DNA of 64,000 nucleotides from an uncultured Gemmatimonadales bacterium (GCA_963850905.1 CAWKMU010000003.1:1568001-1632000); one strand, 5' to 3'; positions 50,102 to 59,649 are shown, counted from the stretch's first letter. The notes: generated by a model not told the origin, from the letters alone. Numbers and translations are program-made.

Positions 50102-51967
50102 ATGCCGGGGTTCCGTCGGATGGTGCGTGCCGTCGTGCTGGTCACGACATCGATGCTGGTCGTGTCGTGTAAGAAGGAAACTGCAGCCTCTGCGCCGCCT
50201 CCGGGTGGCTCGAGCGCGGGCACAAGTGGCGCGACAGCGGCGGAGGGTGTGCCGGTTGCATTTCGAGGGACCGCCGCGGCACTGCATCAATATTTGACAT
50301 CGGTCGACACGGTCCAGGGCGCGACGTTCGATGTCAGTTGGCGACCAGAGACCGTGCGACTCGATCGGGCGACGACGACGCGCGCGCTCCAGGGCGTGAG
50401 CCCCGACGGCAGCACCTTCCAGTTCGCGGCGAGCGAACCGGCAATCGCGGCGATCAAGCCTGGCAACATCGTGCTCGTGTGGGGCGTGGCGCTCCGCCGT
50501 GTCGACTCGATCGCGACGCAAGGCGGTGCGCTCATCATGCACACATCCGTCGCGACGCTCCCCGACGCGATCGACCATGGCCACATCGCCTGGCATGGGT
50601 CGCCCGACTACAGCCACGGCGTCGTGGTGCCACTCTACGAAAAGCCGGACAGCGTCAAGGTCGGCTTGCTTCCACAACCTGATGCGCTCGTCCGACCGGT
50701 CACCTACGTCCACGCTCGCGCCCCCCTCGTGCGGCAGGGCACCGCGAATCCGCCCGGCGGTCCGGCAGATCAGTCAGGCGACGACGCCACGCCGTCCGAC
50801 GCGATCCCGACATCCGAGGCGCCCCCACCGATCAAGGGGAACGCGTTCGGTATGGAGTACGAGGTCGCATACGTCTACGCCGACGGCGGACTCGATTTCG
50901 AGCTCCAGGCCTCGAAAAAAGAAGGCGAGGCAGGCAACGCCGAGGAGGCGAAAAAGGAACAGAACAAGCAGATCACCGAAGGTCTGGGGAACGCAGCGTC
51001 TCACACCCCGGAGTCACCGCCGCCGGCCCAGGGGACGGATCAGTCGAACGCGCAGGGCAATGCTCTGGCCCAGGCGATGAAGGCCAACAAAGCGTGGCAG
51101 TCCGCGAAGACGAGCTGGGAGAGCAAGAACGGCGACATCCCGAGCGCGGTCTGGGGTGCACTCCCCGAGCTGACCAGTGGCTTGCTCTGGAAGACGGCGA
51201 GCGAACAACTCGACTTGCGGATCAAGGCCCAGGGCCACCTCGACGGCATCAACCTGGGCGGCGACATCTCCATTGGCAATGCGAAGCAGATCGCGTCGAG
51301 CTTTCACCTCGACAACGTCATGGGGCTGGTGAACTTCCAGTACGTTGCGCGTCTCGGAAACCAGCAGGGTACATGGGCCGAGAAACTCAAGGCGTCGCTG
51401 CCGATCACCTTCAACGTCCCGATCATCATCGGTGGCATCCCGTTCATGTTCCAGATCGGGATCAATTTCTTCGCCATTCCAGGACTCTCGAGCCACTACG
51501 CGACCGTTCAAGGCCAGTTCCATCTCAACTTCGGAGGGAACGGCGTGATTCAAGTGGGAGGCGGCAACCTGGACGCGAGCGGTCAATACCAGGGCGGGGC
51601 GTTCATCCTCGACGACGCCAACACGGTGACCTCGCTCGGCGTCTCATCGCTTCTCGTGAGCGTGCAATTCCCGCGGCTCGGCTTTGGGATGGGGCTTTTC
51701 AACACGTACGGGATCGCCTTCATCGATTTCGTCGCCACCGGAAGTGCCGTCAGCAGTGGGGCCATGGGGATGATGCCCTGCCAACGATTCCAAGTGAATG
51801 CGGCGGTCGGTGCCGGCGCGTCCGCGCAGGTTCTCGGGCTCCCATCGTTCATCAGCAGCAAACTGAACGGCAAGCTGAGTTGGCGAAAACAACCCAACCT
51901 CTGGGACTACCAGCACATCACGACGAAACCGGCCGGGTTGAACTGCGAGTACAAGAAGCAGGAGTAA
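50102..51967 (+). CDS. large hypothetical lipoprotein, beta-strand-rich C-terminal half
   Basis: GGAGG RBS, lipobox VVSC, low-complexity linkers, alternating-hydrophobic strands. Confidence 0.75.
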   Translation: MPGFRRMVRAVVLVTTSMLVVSCKKETAASAPPPGGSSAGTSGATAAEGVPVAFRGTAAALHQYLTSVDTVQGATFDVSWRPETVRLDRATTTRALQGVSPDGSTFQFAASEPAIAAIKPGNIVLVWGVALRRVDSIATQGGALIMHTSVATLPDAIDHGHIAWHGSPDYSHGVVVPLYEKPDSVKVGLLPQPDALVRPVTYVHARAPLVRQGTANPPGGPADQSGDDATPSDAIPTSEAPPPIKGNAFGMEYEVAYVYADGGLDFELQASKKEGEAGNAEEAKKEQNKQITEGLGNAASHTPESPPPAQGTDQSNAQGNALAQAMKANKAWQSAKTSWESKNGDIPSAVWGALPELTSGLLWKTASEQLDLRIKAQGHLDGINLGGDISIGNAKQIASSFHLDNVMGLVNFQYVARLGNQQGTWAEKLKASLPITFNVPIIIGGIPFMFQIGINFFAIPGLSSHYATVQGQFHLNFGGNGVIQVGGGNLDASGQYQGGAFILDDANTVTSLGVSSLLVSVQFPRLGFGMGLFNTYGIAFIDFVATGSAVSSGAMGMMPCQRFQVNAAVGAGASAQVLGLPSFISSKLNGKLSWRKQPNLWDYQHITTKPAGLNCEYKKQE

Positions 51968-52073
51968 AGGGGCTGGACGTCTAGCGTCCCCCCTATCTAC
52001 AACCCTGCATTGCGACAGGCCCTCACCGTTCGCATCGTAGTGCAAATCCAACGGCATGGGGAGCTGGCAGGTC

Positions 52074-54503
52074 ATGCATCAAATCGCGTACGCTGTCCGT
52101 CGGTTGCGTAGCAATCCGCTGTTCACGATCGCCGCGACGCTCACGTTGGCAATTGCGATCGGGGCGACCGCGTCGGTGTTTGGCCTGGTCGACGGAGTGT
52201 TGCTCAAGGCATTTCCGTTCCGGGATCCAGGTCGCGTCGTCACGCTGTGGGAGAGTAACCCGCAAGCGCAGCAGCCCAAGGTTGCGGTCGCCACCGCCAA
52301 TTACTTCGACTGGCAACAGCAAAACAAGACGTTCAGCGCGATGGGAGCGGCCTGCTGCGGCGCCTTCCTGCGGTTTACCGTGTTGGGCGCCGAAGAGGCC
52401 GAACGGGTCATCGGGCTCGCCGTCACACCGAGCTATTTCCCGGCCGTTGGAATCACGCCGATGCTCGGGCGCGCGATGACGCCCGACACCAGTGCAGCCC
52501 CCGAAGTCGTGATCAGTTACGGGTATTGGCAGCGTCGGTTCGGTGGGTCGCCGGCGGTTCTCGGGCGCCCACTCAGGCTGGACAATCCCAACGACGCGCG
52601 CCCCACTCGGCAGCACGTCTACACGATTGTCGGCGTGATGCCGTCGGGGGTGCCGGGACCAGTCGACCTCTGGGTTCGCATCTACTTTGAGCCGGACGAA
52701 GCGACCCTCCGCGATGGTCGTTATCTCGACGTTTACGGACGCCTCAAGCCGGGTGTCAGTGTGGAGGCAGCCGAACGTGATTTGCAGACGATTGCGGGTC
52801 GACTGGCCGTCGCGTATCCCAAAACGAACAAGAATTGGTCGGTACAGGCTGTCCCGCTGTTGGATCAACTCGTCGGACCGGTGCGCCCGGCGCTCGCGAT
52901 GCTCTTTGCGGCCGCGGCCTGCGTGCTGCTCATCGGAGCGGCGAACCTGGCAAACCTCTTTCTCGTGCGCTGCCTCGCGCGCGAGCGCGAAATGGCGCTC
53001 CGGACGGCGCTCGGTGCTACTCGTGGCCGTCTCATACGCGATTTGGTGCTCGAGGCCACGGTGCTGAGCGTGGCAGCCGGCACATTGGGCGTAGGGGTGG
53101 CCGTCGGTGGGGTGCGCGTGTTGCGGGCCCTGGCGCCGCCGACCTTGCCACGCCTGGACCAGGTCGGAGTGGATGGCCGAGTGCTTCTGTTTTGCGTAGT
53201 GGCGTCGATCGCGACGGTTCTCGTCTTCGGGCTGTTACCGGCGTGGCAGGTGTCGCGGGGCACGCTGGCCGCAGCGCTCCGGGAGGGTGGCCGGGGAACC
53301 GGATCGGCGCAGCAACACCGGTTGCAGGATGGGCTCGTGGTGCTGCAGGTCGCAGTGGCGCTCGTCCTCCTGACCGGCGCTGGATTGCTGGTCGAAAGCT
53401 TCATGCGGTTTCAACGGATGGATCCGGGCTTCCGGTCTGCAGGTGTGCTGACCGCGCAGATCTCGTTTACGGCCGAGCGGTATCCGACTGCGGAGCGCCA
53501 ACAACAATTCCTCCAGACCCTCATCGAGCGTTTGGCCGCCCAGCCTGGCATTGAGGCGGCAAGTGTGAGCGGCGGTGTGCCCGGGTGGGCCGTTCGGCCC
53601 ACGATCCCGTTCGGCATCGTCGGCGACGCCACGCCGGAGGCGGGCCACGAACCTGTCTCGCTCTTGAGCGCGGCCAGTCCGGGCTACTTCGGCACCATGG
53701 GTATCCGCCTCCTGCGGGGGCGCGCGTTGCTTCCCACCGACGATGGACATGCAGCCAAGGTTGCCGTCGTGGATGAGCTGGTGGCGAAACGCTTCTTTGC
53801 GGGCCGCGATCCGATCGGACGTCAGCTCGTTTTCGATTACGGCATGGGGGCCGACACCATGCAGGTAGTCGGCGTCGTCGCGTCGACCAAGGAGAACGGA
53901 CTCGCGGCAGACGACGTGCCTCAGGTGTACGCGCCGGTCTCGCAGGTCTTGGGCGGCCGCGGCGTGCAGGCGTTCGTCGTCGTGCGCACACTTGGTGATC
54001 CGCACGCACATGTCCGCACTCTCAAGCGCACAATTGCGAGCCTAGACCCGGACGTGCCGGTCGCTGACATCAAGACCATGAGCGATCGGATGATGCAGTC
54101 GGTGGGCACGACACGCTTCTCGACCTTTCTCGCCTCACTCTTCGCACTGGTCGCGCTCGTGCTCGGCCTCGTGGGGATTTACAGCGTGCTCGCCTACATC
54201 GTGAGTCAGCGACGTCGAGAGATTGCCGTGCGCATCGCGCTGGGCGCGAGCCATTCGCACGTCATGAACGGTGTGCTGCGCCATGCATTGGAGCTGACCG
54301 CCGTTGGTATCGCCTTGGGGTCGGGCGCTGCCTGGCTCCTGACGCGGGCGCTGGCGGCTCTGTTCATCGGCGTCAGCCCCCATGACCCGGCTGTATTCGT
54401 GGGTGGTGCCGGCATCTTCGCGCTCGTAGCGGTAGCTGCGTCGGCCGTGCCCGCATTTCGCACGACGCAGGTGAACCCCGTGACGGCGCTGACGTCGAGC
54501 TAG
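52074..54503 (+). CDS. ABC-type permease, duplicated MacB/FtsX (ADOP-type)
   Basis: LTLAIAIGA, ANLANL..REREMALRTALGA, LVVLQVA, RRREIAVRIALGA. Confidence 0.9.
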   Translation: MHQIAYAVRRLRSNPLFTIAATLTLAIAIGATASVFGLVDGVLLKAFPFRDPGRVVTLWESNPQAQQPKVAVATANYFDWQQQNKTFSAMGAACCGAFLRFTVLGAEEAERVIGLAVTPSYFPAVGITPMLGRAMTPDTSAAPEVVISYGYWQRRFGGSPAVLGRPLRLDNPNDARPTRQHVYTIVGVMPSGVPGPVDLWVRIYFEPDEATLRDGRYLDVYGRLKPGVSVEAAERDLQTIAGRLAVAYPKTNKNWSVQAVPLLDQLVGPVRPALAMLFAAAACVLLIGAANLANLFLVRCLAREREMALRTALGATRGRLIRDLVLEATVLSVAAGTLGVGVAVGGVRVLRALAPPTLPRLDQVGVDGRVLLFCVVASIATVLVFGLLPAWQVSRGTLAAALREGGRGTGSAQQHRLQDGLVVLQVAVALVLLTGAGLLVESFMRFQRMDPGFRSAGVLTAQISFTAERYPTAERQQQFLQTLIERLAAQPGIEAASVSGGVPGWAVRPTIPFGIVGDATPEAGHEPVSLLSAASPGYFGTMGIRLLRGRALLPTDDGHAAKVAVVDELVAKRFFAGRDPIGRQLVFDYGMGADTMQVVGVVASTKENGLAADDVPQVYAPVSQVLGGRGVQAFVVVRTLGDPHAHVRTLKRTIASLDPDVPVADIKTMSDRMMQSVGTTRFSTFLASLFALVALVLGLVGIYSVLAYIVSQRRREIAVRIALGASHSHVMNGVLRHALELTAVGIALGSGAAWLLTRALAALFIGVSPHDPAVFVGGAGIFALVAVAASAVPAFRTTQVNPVTALTSS

Positions 54504-54511
54504 GCAGGCCC

Positions 54512-54553
54512 GTCTAACGTCCAGCGTCTAACGTCCAGCGTCTAGCTAGCGTC
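54512..54553 (+). repeat. YARCGTC heptamer array
   Basis: TAACGTC CAGCGTC TAACGTC CAGCGTC TAGC.. between convergent genes. Confidence 0.8.
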
Positions 54554-55447
54554 CGCCCTATGAGTGGGCCGCAGCACCACATAGATGCCATAGAGGACGA
54601 GAAGGCCGCCCAGGACCTGCGTCGGCGAGAGCGATTCCCGCAGCACGATCGCTGCCAGCAGGGCAGTGACGGGGACCTGACCGAGTATCGCTACCGATGT
54701 CACGGTCGCGTCCAGGGTGCCCAGCGCGTAGTTCACCCCGAGATACCCGCCCACCTGCGACACGAGGCCAAGCGCAATGAGCGCGGCCCACGACGTGGGC
54801 CGGAATCCGGTCAGCGGGGCGCGGAGGATGAGACACGCGAGGAGTAGCAGCACAGCGCCACTCGCGACCGCCAGTGTGGTGAGGGTCAGCGTATCGGCGT
54901 CCTCGCGGGCGCGTTGCGTCGCGAAGAGGTATCCGGCGAAGAACGCAGCAGCGAGAATTGCGAGCAGATCGCCACTCACGTCGCCGCGCGCCGTCGCAGC
55001 GCTGTGTCCGCCGGTGGCGGCGCTCCCGAGCACCACTGCGGAGCCTGCGGCGGCGAGGAGCAAGCCGATCCAGTACCCGCGCCCGAGTCGCTGCCGGAAC
55101 ACGATCCACGCCGCCAGCGCGACGAAGAGGGGCGAGGTGTTTGCAAGCAGCGTCACAATGGTGACGCTCGTGCGCTGGACGGCGACGTTGAAGATGGCGT
55201 TGTCGCAGGCGAAGCAGGCGCCGGCGGTGCACGCGAGGAGCGCTGCGCTCCGGGACATGCTTCCCCGCGACCGCAGCCGGACGATGCACCACGGCGCGAG
55301 CGCAAGTGTCGCGATCGTGAACCGATAGAATGCAGCGGAGACGCCGGGGACCGCGGCCAGCCGCACGAACAGGCCGGACCAGGCAATGCAGATAACACCG
55401 GCGGCAAGCGCGAGGTACGCAAGCCCCCGCGGATGCCGTTGGATCAT
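54542..55447 (-). CDS. DMT/EamA family transporter
   Basis: Ten TM helices in two EamA-like repeats; AFYR, NTSPLFV, GD, LRESL. Confidence 0.9.
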   Translation of the reverse strand: MIQRHPRGLAYLALAAGVICIAWSGLFVRLAAVPGVSAAFYRFTIATLALAPWCIVRLRSRGSMSRSAALLACTAGACFACDNAIFNVAVQRTSVTIVTLLANTSPLFVALAAWIVFRQRLGRGYWIGLLLAAAGSAVVLGSAATGGHSAATARGDVSGDLLAILAAAFFAGYLFATQRAREDADTLTLTTLAVASGAVLLLLACLILRAPLTGFRPTSWAALIALGLVSQVGGYLGVNYALGTLDATVTSVAILGQVPVTALLAAIVLRESLSPTQVLGGLLVLYGIYVVLRPTHRADAS

Positions 55448-55452
55448 GTGGG

Positions 55453-55756
55453 TTGGACGCTGGACGTTAGACGTTGGACGCTAGACGTTAGACGCAAACC
55501 TCAACGCCAGGTAGGTGCTCTACTGGTTGGCGCCGCCGAACCGTCACCCGGCGGGTAGGGGCGACGCAATGCGTCGCCCTCCATCCCCCACCGGATGCAC
55601 CGGCGTCGGCGTGGGTGCCATCCCGGACGTTGTGGCGTGTGGTGTGGCCCGCGAACGGCGGGCGACGCATTGCGTCGCCCCTACCCGCCGTAATCCGGGT
55701 CCGAGCGCCAAACGTCTACCGTCCAACGTCCAAAGTCCAGCGTCTAGCGTCCAGCT
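55453..55756. repeat. REPIN copy 3 (REP doublet 55555-55684, different spacer) inside inverted heptamer arrays
   Basis: Same 25-bp REP pair; left (YTRGACG)x6, right (YARCGTC)x6. Confidence 0.9.
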
Positions 55757-55791
55757 TCCGGCGTCTGAGGAGCAAGCTGTAGACTTCGAGT

Positions 55792-56379
55792 ATGGCGAAA
55801 ACACCCACCCCCGGAGACACCGCGCCGGACTTCGTCCGGCCGGATTCGACTGGCGCCGAGCGACGCCTCTCGGAGCTTGCCGCTGCCCGGCCGATCGTGC
55901 TCCTCGCGTACCGTGGCGACTGGTGACCGTTTTGCCTCCGCCAGTTGGCGGATTATCGCGATCACTACGCTGAGATTCGGGCCGCTGGCGCGGATGTCGT
56001 GGCGGTCTCCGTCGACCCACCCGCGCAATCCGACGCTCTACGGCGAGCGCTCAAGCTGCCCTTCGCGATCCTGAGCGATGGAGAACGGCAACTCGTGCGG
56101 GATTGGGACATCTACAACGCGCGTGAGCGAGGTGGCATCGCCCGCCCCGCGCTCTTCCTGATCGATCGGGATCGCCGAGTGCGTTACAGCGCGATCGATA
56201 CGGTGGCGACGCGAGTGCCTGCGTCGGAAGTCGTTCGACTGCTCCAGACGAAGGCCGTCAATGGGCCTGTCAAGCACAAAGTCTGCGTTCCCACGCCGGT
56301 GGACTTCGTTCGGGCAATGCGCAACCTCATGCGCCGCGTTGGCCGCCCACAATCCTTTCGATCTGAGCCCGATGGTTGA
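55792..56379 (+). CDS. peroxiredoxin-like (AhpC/TSA) selenoprotein with UxxC motif, in-frame TGA at 55924-55926
   Basis: MAKTPTPGDTAPDF..IVLLAYRGDW-TGA-PFC continues in frame into VVAVSVD, FAILSD, PALFLIDRD; SECIS-like hairpin follows. Confidence 0.88.
55937..55952 (+). promoter_or_regulatory. bacterial SECIS-like hairpin
   Basis: TCCGCC-AGTT-GGCGGA; loop starts 16 nt after the TGA and carries GU. Confidence 0.7.
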
Positions 56380-56842
56380 GGTCATGCCCCGCCCACAGGC
56401 GGCTGGTGTGCGCGATGCTTTCCCGTCCCCGCTCGGTGTGCATGCCGGCGCGCGCGAGTTGTGTCGGAGAGAGGGAGCGTAGCAGCCGCACGTTCGCACT
56501 CCGCAGCGAACGCAGCCGGTCCAGTGACTCCGTCGCCGGGACATTGGTATAGCGACCCAGGTCCGCCCACTTGTCCTGGTCGTATGCCTGAAGCTCCACG
56601 CCGTCGGTCTCGAGGACCCGTCGGACCCGGAAGCTCAGCACGATCTCCGTATCCGCCAGGTGCGCGAGGATTTCCTGGACCGACCATTTGTTGGGCGCGG
56701 GACGCTTCTGCAGTCCCGCGGGATCGAGCCCCTCGGCGAGCGCGGCGAGGGCCGCCGGCGTCGACTCCATTACCTCGATCGGATCGCGACTCCCGAGGTA
56801 GCCGAGGATACGCGTGACATACGCTTCCGTGGATTCGGACAT
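56327..56842 (-). CDS. DinB/YfiT family protein (DinB_2)
   Basis: KWSVQEILAHLADTE, YDQDKW, GHDLNHRAQI metal-binding His pattern. Confidence 0.88.
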   Translation of the reverse strand: MSESTEAYVTRILGYLGSRDPIEVMESTPAALAALAEGLDPAGLQKRPAPNKWSVQEILAHLADTEIVLSFRVRRVLETDGVELQAYDQDKWADLGRYTNVPATESLDRLRSLRSANVRLLRSLSPTQLARAGMHTERGRESIAHTSRLWAGHDLNHRAQIERIVGGQRGA

Positions 56843-56954
56843 GGCGTTGCAGGGTTGCGAGTGGTTGCTGAAGGTAGCGTGATGCAGAAGGGTCGGGCGA
56901 GGGGTGAGGGGAGCACAACCACAACCCACCGCCACGACGTCCACGGCGAAAGGT

Positions 56955-57095
56955 GGGCGGGCTGAAGCCCGCACCCAACATGTCGGCATGAACGATGAGA
57001 CTCCGGAGCACCCTACAGGCACGTGGCGTCGAGTGTCGACGAATCCCGAGGCGGCGCTGTCCGCAGCAACATGTAGGGCGGGCTTCAGCCCGCCC
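56955..57095. repeat. second GTAG/GTTG REP-like cluster (GGGCGGGCT/AGCCCGCCC palindrome)
   Basis: GGGCGGGCTGAAGCCCGCACCCAAC at 56955, GTAGGGCGGGCTTCAGCCCGCCC at 57073, partial GCACCCTAC at 57008. Confidence 0.7.
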
Positions 57096-57125
57096 GATTG
57101 TTGCAGGTCGCCGTTGTGTCACCCG

Positions 57126-59606
57126 TTACCCGTCACCCGTCGCCCGGCCGTTCGCAGCCGAAGCCGCTCGGTGCGCCGGAAGCCAGCTGGCCGCGAGCGT
57201 GACGAACCCGACGCCGAGCACGGAGACGACAAAGGCTGTGGGGTCGGTCGCAGTCACGCCGTAGAGCAGATTCGCCAACAGGCGCATGACGACGAGCGCC
57301 ACAACCGTGCCGAGCGCGATCCCGCCGGCGGCCAGGATGGTGCCATCGCGAAGAACGAGGCGCACAATGTGTGACTCGCGGGCTCCGAGCGCGACGCGGA
57401 CTCTGAGCTCCTGCGTGCGTTGGGCGACGAGATAGGAGACGACGCTGTAGAGGCCCATCGCCGCGAGCAGCAGTGCGGCTGCGCCAAAGGCTGCAACGAG
57501 CACCAGGACCAGCCGGCGATCAGCGATCGAGGATGCGACGATCGACTCCATTGTACGGAAGCGTGGCGACACGTCCGGACGTAGCGCCCGCACGATCGCG
57601 TCGGCAGCCGCGACAGTGCTGGTCGGGCTGTTCGGACCAACCAGCACCACGTTCATCCGTCCCATTGCGACGGGGCGTTGGATGTAATCCGCGTAGAACG
57701 TCGGCTTGGCGGGTGCGTTCAGGCTGCCGTCGCGCACGTCTCCGACGACCCCCACGATCGTGAACGGACGCACATCGCCATCCATATTGCCGAAAAAGAT
57801 CCACTTACCGATGGGGCTCCCGCCGGGCCAGCTCGCTTTTGCGAGCGATGCGCTCACGACCGCAACGTGCGCTGCGGTTGGCGCATCGCGCTCGTCGAAC
57901 GTGCGCCCCTCGAGGAGTGGAATGTGCATGGCCGTGAAGTAGCCGCCGCTGGCCACCCGGAACTCCGCGTACCCGCTGCGTGCATGGTCCTGGGCCAGCT
58001 TTTCGAAGTCTGCCATCGAGATCTTTTCGTCGGGGGATCCCAGCTCGAGGAAGGTGCCGCTCGAGGTGCCGCCAAGGTCCAACGGGATAGCGTTGACGGC
58101 GCCGACAGCTGTGACGCCGGGAATGCTGGCGAAGCGCGTCAGCAGCTCGTGGTAGAAGGCCGCACGCTGGATGCGTGGCACGGAGTCATCCGCCTCGATC
58201 GACAGATCGAGCACCACACGCCGCTCGACCCGGAACCCCGGATCGACTGCGAGCAGGTTGAGCAGACTTCGACCCAACAACCCGGCACCAATCAACAGCA
58301 CGATCGTCATCGCTACCTGGGCGACGACCAGCGCGCGCCGTGCCTGCGTCGCGGACCCGGCTCCTGACGCGACGCGCTCCGAGGCGGACAGCATCTCGCG
58401 CACGTCCGTGCGCATGGCGCGCCACGCGGTGAGGAGGGCGAGAGCGACCGCCGTCACCAGCGATAGGCCGAGGGCGAAGGCGAGAACGAGTCCATCCATC
58501 CGCACTTCGTACGTGCGAGGCAATTGGCTCGGGTCCAACGACAGCAATGCGCGCGTCCCCGCCATTGCGGCCACCACGCCGAGCGCGCCCCCGGCCAGAG
58601 ACAGCACGACCGACTCGGCCAGGCATTGTTGCGCGAGGCGGCTCGGCCCCGCGCCCAGCGCCAGACGCAGAGCCAGTTCCGATCGACGAGCCATCAGCCG
58701 GGCCACCAGCAAGTTGGCGACGTTGGCACATCCGATCACCAGCAGGAGCACCGACGCCGCCAACAGCACCAGCAGTGTGGGGCGGGTCGAGCCCACGAGT
58801 TGGTCGCGAAGCGGCACGAGCGCCGCGTCCGCCATCATGGTTTGGGAGCCGTACTTTCCAGCAAGCGCTCGGGCCAGCGCATGGACGTCACGCCGTGCTG
58901 CATCGTCCGTCACGCCGGGATGGATTCGACCGACGACCTGCCAATTGTGGGCGGTCCGAGAGGGAAGCGGCGCGAGCAGCTCGCGCGAGATCCACATGTC
59001 GGTGGTCAACGGAAAGTCGAGCGCGGGCCGCATCACCCCGATTAGGGTGTACGTCCGGTCGCCGATCGTGAGCCGCTGGCCGAGCGCCCAGGCGCGGCCG
59101 CCCCAGACGCGTTGCCAAAATCCCCAGCTCACGACGACCGTTGGCGGACCGTTCTCGCGCTGCTCGTCCGGGGCGAAGGTGCGACCCAGTATCGGCTGAA
59201 TGCCGAGGATGTCGAAGAAGTCCCGGGAGACATCGGTGACGGCGGCGCGGGTCGGGGCAATGTCGCCGGCGACCGAGACGGTCGTCGCCCCCGCGAATTC
59301 GGCGAGTCCCGAGAAGACCCGGCTTCGTGATCGGACATCGTCGAAGTTCGGGTCCGAGAACTGCATCCGCTTCCCTGCTGCGTCGACCTGCCACACTTGA
59401 ACGAGACGGTCAGCCGCCGGGTAGGGTAGGGGGCGCAAGAGCACGCCGCGCACGACACTGAAGATGGCAGTCGCCGCTCCGATCCCGAGTGCGAGGGTCA
59501 GCACCGTCGCGAAGACAAAACCCGGCGCGCGGCGAAACCACCGCGACGCGAATCGAATGTCCTGTACACACAGCGCCAGCCACTCGCGGACGCGCGCCTG
59601 TTGCAT
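57126..59606 (-). CDS. ABC-type permease, duplicated MacB/FtsX (ADOP-type)
   Basis: QDIRFA, LTLALGIGATAIFSVV, CANVANL, LVVAQVA, QRTQELRVRVALGA. Confidence 0.9.
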   Translation of the reverse strand: MQQARVREWLALCVQDIRFASRWFRRAPGFVFATVLTLALGIGAATAIFSVVRGVLLRPLPYPAADRLVQVWQVDAAGKRMQFSDPNFDDVRSRSRVFSGLAEFAGATTVSVAGDIAPTRAAVTDVSRDFFDILGIQPILGRTFAPDEQRENGPPTVVVSWGFWQRVWGGRAWALGQRLTIGDRTYTLIGVMRPALDFPLTTDMWISRELLAPLPSRTAHNWQVVGRIHPGVTDDAARRDVHALARALAGKYGSQTMMADAALVPLRDQLVGSTRPTLLVLLAASVLLLVIGCANVANLLVARLMARRSELALRLALGAGPSRLAQQCLAESVVLSLAGGALGVVAAMAGTRALLSLDPSQLPRTYEVRMDGLVLAFALGLSLVTAVALALLTAWRAMRTDVREMLSASERVASGAGSATQARRALVVAQVAMTIVLLIGAGLLGRSLLNLLAVDPGFRVERRVVLDLSIEADDSVPRIQRAAFYHELLTRFASIPGVTAVGAVNAIPLDLGGTSSGTFLELGSPDEKISMADFEKLAQDHARSGYAEFRVASGGYFTAMHIPLLEGRTFDERDAPTAAHVAVVSASLAKASWPGGSPIGKWIFFGNMDGDVRPFTIVGVVGDVRDGSLNAPAKPTFYADYIQRPVAMGRMNVVLVGPNSPTSTVAAADAIVRALRPDVSPRFRTMESIVASSIADRRLVLVLVAAFGAAALLLAAMGLYSVVSYLVAQRTQELRVRVALGARESHIVRLVLRDGTILAAGGIALGTVVALVVMRLLANLLYGVTATDPTAFVVSVLGVGFVTLAASWLPAHRAASAANGRATGDG

Positions 59607-59649
59607 ATGCGAAGCCCCCCGGCCATGGAGTTGGTGTTGCTGACCAGGA

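Noticed and set aside
49931..50713. N-terminal 260 aa of the 633-aa OmpA ORF
   Set aside because: Overlaps the divergent lipoprotein gene; the RBS and signal-like segment point to a start near 49930
35935..55684. REP/heptamer repeats as a CRISPR array
   Set aside because: Repeats are inverted pairs and dispersed, with no direct repeat-spacer series and no cas genes
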